Source: a virus
Taxonomy: Duplodnaviria; Caudoviricetes
Direction: 5' to 3' (one strand)
IMG/VR virus record: IMGVR_UViG_3300008255_000313
Location: 1-32,658 of that record
Length of the DNA: 32,658 bases
A program made the position numbers and the translations under genes. The notes beneath the pieces were generated by a model. It had not been told where the DNA came from, searched no databases, and saw only the letters and a program-made list of their open reading frames with translations. Shown piece after piece: positions 27,073 through 32,658 of the stretch. Numbering within the stretch: the stretch's first letter is position 1; the number at the start of each line of letters is the position of its first letter.

Positions 27073-27689
27073 AAACAATAGTAATTGCAATCACAGCAAT
27101 TACATGTTTAAATTGTAGTACGAGTCGTTCAACTAAAATTAATAATGCGAGTAACAACATATACGAAAATGCAAAAATTAGTACTTGGGAGTGGAGCGAG
27201 ACTCCAATAAGATATAAGTTTAGTTGCAATTTTCCTGATTACTTTTATAAAGATGAAGTGAGAAGTGCTTTTAAATACTGGGATGATCTTGTTGATTACC
27301 AATTATTCGTTGAAGTAAAAGGTTGTTTTAATTCTGTAACAGATTGGGAAGATGAGAATATGATAATTGTTTATTCATATTTTAAACCTAATCCCGAAAA
27401 TAGAAAAAATTCATATGGTACATGTTGGAGACACCGCGAAGATGGCTATATTATTTCAAGTAAAATTATGCTTTGGAGAAGCTACTTCCTTGAAGATGAT
27501 GATACTAAAAAAACAATAATAAGACATGAAGTTGGTCATGCTCTTGGGCTTCACCATGTTAAACAACAATCATGTATAATGTATAAATATTCTAGCGACC
27601 CTAAGCAAATTTGTCGTAATGAAAAGAAAGAATTTTTAAAGCATTATGTTAAAGAAAAAACTAAAGTTAAACTTAAAGAAGCCAATTAA
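27069..27689 (+). CDS. Matrixin/metzincin metalloprotease, possible lipoprotein
   Basis: HEVGHALGLHH plus Met-turn (CIMY); AF.YW helix; N-terminal MKTIVIAITAITCLNC signal-like segment. Confidence 0.85.
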   Translation: MKTIVIAITAITCLNCSTSRSTKINNASNNIYENAKISTWEWSETPIRYKFSCNFPDYFYKDEVRSAFKYWDDLVDYQLFVEVKGCFNSVTDWEDENMIIVYSYFKPNPENRKNSYGTCWRHREDGYIISSKIMLWRSYFLEDDDTKKTIIRHEVGHALGLHHVKQQSCIMYKYSSDPKQICRNEKKEFLKHYVKEKTKVKLKEAN

Positions 27690-28098
27690 GTTTGGTAATA
27701 CTGCATCCGCTAACTTAGGTAATGGAGATTATCAAGTGCGAATATTAGGAAAGCTTTCAACAGAAAGTTCAGCTAATATTTTCTTTAACAAAGCTAAGAA
27801 TCTTTTTGTTTGTGACGTGATTGAGCAGAACATGAATAAAGATAAGTTTGAAGAAGCTACTGAATACTTTTCTTTACAATGTAATGTTATCAATATGAAA
27901 ACTGTTACATTTGAATGGGGTGGATTTAATGGATGCTCGAGCTTATTCTTTATACTAGATGAAAAGTTTATTACAAATGTTTCAGATTTTGATAGCAAAG
28001 ATAAATGGAAACAAGAAGGGCGCTGTTTAAGTTGTGGTGACATAGGTTACTGGCATCAGCTTACTTTATTTTGTAAATGGCATGGAAGAATAATATGA
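27646..28098 (+). CDS. Hypothetical protein with C-terminal Cys/His cluster
   Basis: 150 aa; CLSCG...CKWHG zinc-ribbon-like tail. Confidence 0.6.
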   Translation: MLKKKLKLNLKKPIKFGNTASANLGNGDYQVRILGKLSTESSANIFFNKAKNLFVCDVIEQNMNKDKFEEATEYFSLQCNVINMKTVTFEWGGFNGCSSLFFILDEKFITNVSDFDSKDKWKQEGRCLSCGDIGYWHQLTLFCKWHGRII

Positions 28099-28397
28099 AT
28101 ACTAATAAAATGAAAAGACAGATGGCAAAATCTGCATATAAGAAATTCTGTAGCGAATGGAAGATGCATAAAAAGAATCTTCAGTATGAAGAAGATACTG
28201 ATACATCGACTATTAATGTAAAAGCAGAAGATGGAACTGCAACACGTACACGCTCAACATTAAGCAATAGAAGAGTTAAACAACTTGGAAGACGACCAAC
28301 ATTTAGTGAATGGTATGCATCAGTCAAGAACATATCACAGTTTGAAGCATCACCTGAAGAAGTTCAGGAACACTTAGATCTTACATGGGATGAATAG
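28095..28397 (+). CDS. Hypothetical protein
   Basis: Likely start at the ATGA overlap at 28095 (track start 28077). Confidence 0.6.
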   Translation: MNTNKMKRQMAKSAYKKFCSEWKMHKKNLQYEEDTDTSTINVKAEDGTATRTRSTLSNRRVKQLGRRPTFSEWYASVKNISQFEASPEEVQEHLDLTWDE

Positions 28398-28417
28398 GTT
28401 TATGGGAGAAAACTATA

Positions 28418-28576
28418 TTGTTCAGTAGAAATGGCTTTAGCTTAAAATTAAATTGCTTTAATAGATTAGAACTAGTAGTTAATAAACAAAAAAAGAAAAC
28501 AAAGAAATCTAAAAAAGAAAAGCGCCGAATACGATTAAAGTTAAGAGCTAAAAATGATATGCAAAAATCTCCATAA
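28418..28576 (+). CDS. Possible small, highly basic protein
   Basis: TTG start with GGAG upstream; KQKKKTKKSKKEKRRIRLKLR; fills the gap on the coding strand. Confidence 0.35.
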   Translation: MFSRNGFSLKLNCFNRLELVVNKQKKKTKKSKKEKRRIRLKLRAKNDMQKSP

Positions 28577-28578
28577 TA

Positions 28579-28615
28579 AGTATACATTTATAATAATGCG
28601 TGGTACTGTGTAACC
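28579..28615 (+). promoter_or_regulatory. Putative promoter (copy 1) for a leaderless transcript
   Basis: AGTATACATTTA-N10-TGGTACTGT-N6-ATG; same architecture at 32361. Confidence 0.6.
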
Positions 28616-29359
28616 ATGGTGCGTATATGTCATTTCAGTGATTGGCACGCGCAGTTTAATAATTTGCCAGAAGCAGATGTGTATGTCTGTACTGGAGATA
28701 TGCTAGACAACTATCCAATTCTTAAACGTAATGCAGGAGCCGTAGCTGTTTTTGGTAGTTTTGGATTACAATATTCTAGAACCATCGACCATGAAAAAGA
28801 AAAGAATTGCCAAGAACAATGGTTTAAGAAAAGATTTACAGATAGGGGAAGACCACTTGGACTTCGACATTTCTTTCCTAAGAATTGTAAACATAATCCA
28901 GTTGTAGTTGTTCGTGGCAATCATGAATTCACTGATCTTGGACCAATGTTTGGTGGTGAAGTATTCGAAATAGGGTTTGATTCTTCAGCGGCAGTAGAGT
29001 ACTGCGGATTAAAGTTTGGTGGATTCCGTGGTGTTCCTACGCTTATTAGAGAATGGTGTGATGAGTTCGAAGACCCTTACTTCGACGATCAGGTGGATAG
29101 GTTGCCTAATGATTTAGATGTTGTAGTAACTCATGCACCACCTTGGGGATTTCTTGATGGTTATAATAATGAGCATTTAGGAATTAAAGCTCTTGGTTCT
29201 TGGATAAATTCTAAGCAGTATGATGGAACTATAATGCCAAGATTATTTTGTTTTGGTCATATTCATGGTCGTTATGGAAAATTAGAATTAGATGATGGAA
29301 CTATATTTTCCAATGCAGCAACAGGAAAACGAATAATAAATTTAGAGGTTAACAGATGA
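28616..29359 (+). CDS. Calcineurin-like metallophosphoesterase
   Basis: SDWH, TGD, GNHE, THAPP, FGHIH motifs. Confidence 0.9.
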   Translation: MVRICHFSDWHAQFNNLPEADVYVCTGDMLDNYPILKRNAGAVAVFGSFGLQYSRTIDHEKEKNCQEQWFKKRFTDRGRPLGLRHFFPKNCKHNPVVVVRGNHEFTDLGPMFGGEVFEIGFDSSAAVEYCGLKFGGFRGVPTLIREWCDEFEDPYFDDQVDRLPNDLDVVVTHAPPWGFLDGYNNEHLGIKALGSWINSKQYDGTIMPRLFCFGHIHGRYGKLELDDGTIFSNAATGKRIINLEVNR

Positions 29360-30024
29360 GTTATCTTGATGAAGCAATATCCATAGTCAGACTTTATTGT
29401 CCAAAGTTTAAAGTTGTGTCTAAAGAAGATTCTTTACTTCATAGAACCATAGGAAAGATTATGTTCTTTAATCCTGGGTATATGAAAAACTTTTATACTA
29501 CAATTGGATATACTGCTGCGACACCAATCGGAATAGAAGCCAGTTACGAAGTAATATACCATGAAGGTCTTCATGCGATTCAAGCCAAGAAGTATACAAG
29601 ATTGTTATTTGGACTAGCATATCTGTTGCCGCAAATTTTAGCTCCATTATTCGTAGCGCTATCTTTTATATTCAGTTTGTGGTTACTAATTCCTGCTGCA
29701 GTTCTTTTACTTCCATTACCCGCATACTTTAGAATGAAGTTTGAACTTGAAGCATATTGTCTGTCAGCTATGATTGAAGTTTGGAAGGGTAAGTATACTG
29801 ATGAAAGTAGAAATTTTATCATAAACAATTTTATAGGTGAAAACTATTATTTCATGTGGCCCTTTAAAAAAAGATTAATAAGTGCAATTGATAGCGCAGT
29901 TCTAAAAGCCAAGTCTTGGGATCCTGTGTCTATCAGAAATGATTCTTATTTGGAATCAATATATAATAGCATGAGGTTCAACGGATTAGTTGCCGTTAAT
30001 AAAGTTAAGTTGACTTTAGTTTAG
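29356..30024 (+). CDS. Membrane-associated zincin-like protein
   Basis: TTIG...HEGLHAIQ, long hydrophobic segment, RMKFELEAY third-ligand motif. Confidence 0.7.
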   Translation: MSYLDEAISIVRLYCPKFKVVSKEDSLLHRTIGKIMFFNPGYMKNFYTTIGYTAATPIGIEASYEVIYHEGLHAIQAKKYTRLLFGLAYLLPQILAPLFVALSFIFSLWLLIPAAVLLLPLPAYFRMKFELEAYCLSAMIEVWKGKYTDESRNFIINNFIGENYYFMWPFKKRLISAIDSAVLKAKSWDPVSIRNDSYLESIYNSMRFNGLVAVNKVKLTLV

Positions 30025-30032
30025 GAGATGCG

Positions 30033-30368
30033 ATGAGCGGAACAAGTGGAAATTTTACTGGTGATAAAGACTTTGATGAATTACTTGATAAGTGTTTACG
30101 TATTATGAAAACTAAAGCCGTTGATTATGCAGAAGCTGGCGATCGACTTGCTGAGATTAGAGAGACAGCAAAAGATTGTGAGTTGACAATGCGTCAAGCA
30201 CTTGGTGTATATATGAATAAACATATTAGATCAATCAAAAAGTGGGTTCGAGGTGTTGAGCTTAAAGGTGAACCTATCGAAGAGAAATTGCTTGATAATA
30301 TTGTATACTCTCTTCTTGCGTATAAGTTAGTTAAAGAAGAACGTAATGCTAAGAACGACAGTGTGTAA
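30033..30368 (+). CDS. Nucleotide-modification-associated all-alpha protein (Nmad1/DUF1599-like)
   Basis: K..DY, KH..SI, E.IEEKLLDNIVYSLL pattern; AGGAG SD. Confidence 0.65.
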   Translation: MSGTSGNFTGDKDFDELLDKCLRIMKTKAVDYAEAGDRLAEIRETAKDCELTMRQALGVYMNKHIRSIKKWVRGVELKGEPIEEKLLDNIVYSLLAYKLVKEERNAKNDSV

Positions 30369-31005
30369 AAAACTAACTATTGTAGTTGACATGGATGAAG
30401 TTTTAGCAGATACATTTGAGATTTGGCTTAAGCTTTATAATCATGATTACAATGACTTCCTTACTAAGGAAGATATACGAGGATGGAATGCTCACTTATG
30501 GGTGAAGCCTGAATGTAATACAAAAATGTACAACTATCTTAATCAAGAGAATTTCTTTCTCAATATGGTTCCTATTAGTGGAGCTATAGACGGAATGAAA
30601 AAGCTTATAGATATGGGTCATGATGTTATTATTGCAACTGCTACACCAAGAAGTTCTCGAATTGCCAATGAAGAAAAGAAGAATTGGATTAGAAAGCATC
30701 TTCCATTTTTTGACTTGAATAACTTTTCTGATATGCATCGTAAAGATTTACTCGCTGGTGATGTATTGTTTGATGATGGTATACATAATTTGTCATCGTT
30801 TAAAGGCATATCGATCTGCATGGATAGACCATGGAATAGAGGAGAAGAGCTTTGTGATATTCGCGTTAACTGTTGGGAGCAATTCGTACAACAAGTAAAT
30901 GATTTAGTAAGTGATGATCTATATTTTGACTGCACAGTTGAAAAAGCAGAAGAAAGATTAGACTGCTATACAAAAAAGAATGAACAGCGACATGATCAGT
31001 GGTGA
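30346..31005 (+). CDS. 5'(3')-deoxyribonucleotidase (HAD/NT5C family)
   Basis: VDMDEVLAD, FF.NM.P..GA, IAT, EKKNW..KH.PF, FDDG.HN, PWN. Confidence 0.9.
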   Translation: MLRTTVCKKLTIVVDMDEVLADTFEIWLKLYNHDYNDFLTKEDIRGWNAHLWVKPECNTKMYNYLNQENFFLNMVPISGAIDGMKKLIDMGHDVIIATATPRSSRIANEEKKNWIRKHLPFFDLNNFSDMHRKDLLAGDVLFDDGIHNLSSFKGISICMDRPWNRGEELCDIRVNCWEQFVQQVNDLVSDDLYFDCTVEKAEERLDCYTKKNEQRHDQW

Positions 31006-31273
31006 TATTATTATAATGGTCACAATGTTGATTATAGGATTTGCTTTAGTATTTATTGCAGGTATTAAATTTGGTGATTATCGTTTTAAAATGAAAATGT
31101 TAAGAGGCATCTTTAAAGATAAACAAGATTATAATAATATTGATATCATTACTGATCAAAGTAAGATGGGCAAAGAATATACTTTTACTGAAGAGGATTG
31201 TGAAACAAGAAATGATTACATAGGATTTAATATTAATACTAATATTGATAAGAAAAACTCTGATAAGAACTAA
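30980..31273 (+). CDS. Hypothetical membrane protein
   Basis: Single N-terminal hydrophobic helix; start uncertain. Confidence 0.55.
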   Translation: MNSDMISGDIIIMVTMLIIGFALVFIAGIKFGDYRFKMKMLRGIFKDKQDYNNIDIITDQSKMGKEYTFTEEDCETRNDYIGFNINTNIDKKNSDKN

Positions 31274-31289
31274 AGAAAGGTTAAGGATA

Positions 31290-31598
31290 ATGACAAAAAC
31301 AGAACGACTACTAAGAGAGATGCGACACACTGGCGGAATGACATTTGGGGAAATGGTGCAATTTGTTCTTGATATGCAGTACGGGTTTGGAAATGAAACC
31401 TATGATAGCACCAGAGATCGCGGAGTTTGGGGAGCAACGCTTTTTGGAACTCGCGATAGGGTTGGTGTGCTAGAACGTTACTGTGAACAAGATAATACTA
31501 CTGGCAAGTATCATGTAGTTAGAAAGATCGTAGGACCATATTGTCCACGCCGTCGTCAATTTGATATTGATTCATATTCGTATCAGTATGCATGGTAA
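31290..31598 (+). CDS. Hypothetical protein
   Basis: Likely start is ATG 31290 with AAGGA SD (track start 31245). Confidence 0.7.
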   Translation: MTKTERLLREMRHTGGMTFGEMVQFVLDMQYGFGNETYDSTRDRGVWGATLFGTRDRVGVLERYCEQDNTTGKYHVVRKIVGPYCPRRRQFDIDSYSYQYAW

Positions 31599-31618
31599 TC
31601 TAGACTTCTAAAAATTGT

Positions 31619-31669
31619 ACTCTCTCCCATAATATTGTAATATAATAAATTATGGGAGAGAGTTTTTTT
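31619..31669 (+). terminator. 15-bp perfect inverted repeat plus T run, overlapping a promoter-like element
   Basis: ACTCTCTCCCATAAT (31619-31633) / ATTATGGGAGAGAGT (31649-31663) followed by TTTTTT. Confidence 0.65.
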
Positions 31670-31810
31670 AAAGAAAGTGACAAAGTTGTTTCTATCAATT
31701 GGGAGAAGATTGAAGAGACATTAATTAGTGAAGGCATGATGCCTTACAAATTTGAAGATCGCTATTTAGATGATAGCATTCCATGTCTAGACGATGAAGC
31801 AACCACCTAA
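31652..31810 (+). CDS. Small acidic hypothetical protein, 52 aa (not in ORF track)
   Basis: MGESFFKESDKVVSINWEKIEE...DEATT; ATG 5 nt after TATAAT; overlaps the next gene. Confidence 0.5.
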   Translation: MGESFFKESDKVVSINWEKIEETLISEGMMPYKFEDRYLDDSIPCLDDEATT

Positions 31811-32168
31811 AATCAGTCCTACTGGATACCAAGTAAAGAAAGATTATGATTACGACGGAGTTACTGTCGCAGATTTATTAAGTTATTACATTCCTGAATG
31901 GAAAGTTTTAACAGGAAGATCTTTGCGGCTATACTTTGGAGATACTTCTTTAAATACAGCATTTGATGTATACCTTACAGTTGATAGAAAATTTGTAGTT
32001 AAAGCAATTCTAAGAAATGGTTTTTATGAAGTTGATAAGGTTTTAGATATAAAATCAAATAAGCATTTATTCTTTGATCTTCTTGATGACTGCTCTATAA
32101 TTAGAGATAATATAGACGTAAGAATCAAGATACTTATAAGGGATTACTTACAAGGAAAAAAAGAATGA
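31794..32168 (+). CDS. Hypothetical protein
   Basis: 124 aa ORF with ATGA overlap to the next gene. Confidence 0.6.
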   Translation: MKQPPKISPTGYQVKKDYDYDGVTVADLLSYYIPEWKVLTGRSLRLYFGDTSLNTAFDVYLTVDRKFVVKAILRNGFYEVDKVLDIKSNKHLFFDLLDDCSIIRDNIDVRIKILIRDYLQGKKE

Positions 32169-32356
32169 TTGACGCGATTATTGTAGTTATGGGATGCATT
32201 TTAGTAGGATTGGTTCTTGGATTTTCTTTATCTTTATTTTTGCCTGACCATTTGCAGAAGAAACATTATTTTTTAATTTGCAGTTTTATATTTTTATGGC
32301 CAATAATGATTATTTTTTATGCCGTACGCTTCTTTTTAATAGTCAAAAGATGGTAA
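32165..32356 (+). CDS. Small two-TM membrane protein
   Basis: Two hydrophobic segments, FLWP motif, AAGGA SD. Confidence 0.6.
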   Translation: MIDAIIVVMGCILVGLVLGFSLSLFLPDHLQKKHYFLICSFIFLWPIMIIFYAVRFFLIVKRW

Positions 32357-32360
32357 ATTG

Positions 32361-32397
32361 AGTATACATTTAGTCGATCATATGGTATTATAATAAT
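32361..32397 (+). promoter_or_regulatory. Putative promoter (copy 2) for a leaderless transcript
   Basis: AGTATACATTTA-N10-TGGTATTAT-N6-ATG. Confidence 0.6.
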
Positions 32398-32658
32398 ATG
32401 ATTGACCAAGAGCAAAGAGATATTAGAGATGATTTAGTCAATGTAGAAGATCAATCTAGAATTCTAGTAGATTGGGTACAGTGCACATCGACTAAGTCAA
32501 AAATTAATCAAGGTAAAGTTGAATGGTCTGCAGATTTTCCAATTCCGGAATTTGGTACGTTGGTGGCAGTATGGCCAGGTTGCACGATTGGAAAAGTTTG
32601 TGACTACGGACTCAAGAAGTTTAACTCTCTGTATGAGAGAGCAGTATGGGTCAAATTC
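32398..32658 (+). CDS. Hypothetical protein, 3'-truncated
   Basis: ATG at 32398; frame open to the window end (MIDQEQRDIRDD...AVWVKF). Confidence 0.65.
   Translation, partial: MIDQEQRDIRDDLVNVEDQSRILVDWVQCTSTKSKINQGKVEWSADFPIPEFGTLVAVWPGCTIGKVCDYGLKKFNSLYERAVWVKF

Noticed and set aside
536-31330. Numerous short minus-strand and alternate-frame ORFs in the track
   Set aside because: Almost all lie inside long motif-bearing plus-strand genes and lack recognisable motifs; they are shadow ORFs.
1-32658. Stop-codon reassignment, as seen in some large phages
   Set aside because: Conserved genes are full length in code 11, and TAA, TGA and TAG all occur as plausible gene ends.
1-32658. CRISPR array, tRNA, rRNA or large ncRNA
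   Set aside because: No repeat-spacer periodicity or cloverleaf was seen, and intergenic gaps are too short once small ORFs are included.

Overview
AT-rich, densely coding, all-plus-strand segment of a large (jumbo-like) bacteriophage genome, read in standard code 11. It has four parts. (i) 1-5106: a 5'-truncated multi-enzyme polyprotein with three protein-kinase-like domains, a ligase-fold nucleotidyltransferase, a HIGH cytidylyltransferase and a PD-(D/E)XK-like tail, joined by linkers ending in (N/L)EA. (ii) A replication and recombination block: gp32-like SSB, UvsX/RecA, 5'-3' exonuclease, gp41/DnaB-like helicase, class II RNR with an HNH intein, DHH phosphoesterase and DnaE. (iii) A nucleotide-modification set flanking dnaE: a thymidylate-synthase homologue with the dCMP-specifying Asp, a gp56-like dCTPase, MazG, a plant-type RGP/UDP-arabinopyranose mutase (GT75) homologue, a dNMP kinase, a T4 beta-glucosyltransferase-like enzyme, IMPDH/GMPR and an endonuclease-fused dCMP deaminase. 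(iv) Small accessory genes, some apparently leaderless. The best candidate for an undescribed system is a cytosine hypermodification pathway in which a plant-like sugar-nucleotide mutase could supply a furanose donor for glycosylating phage DNA. All calls come from reading motifs by eye; no searches were run.
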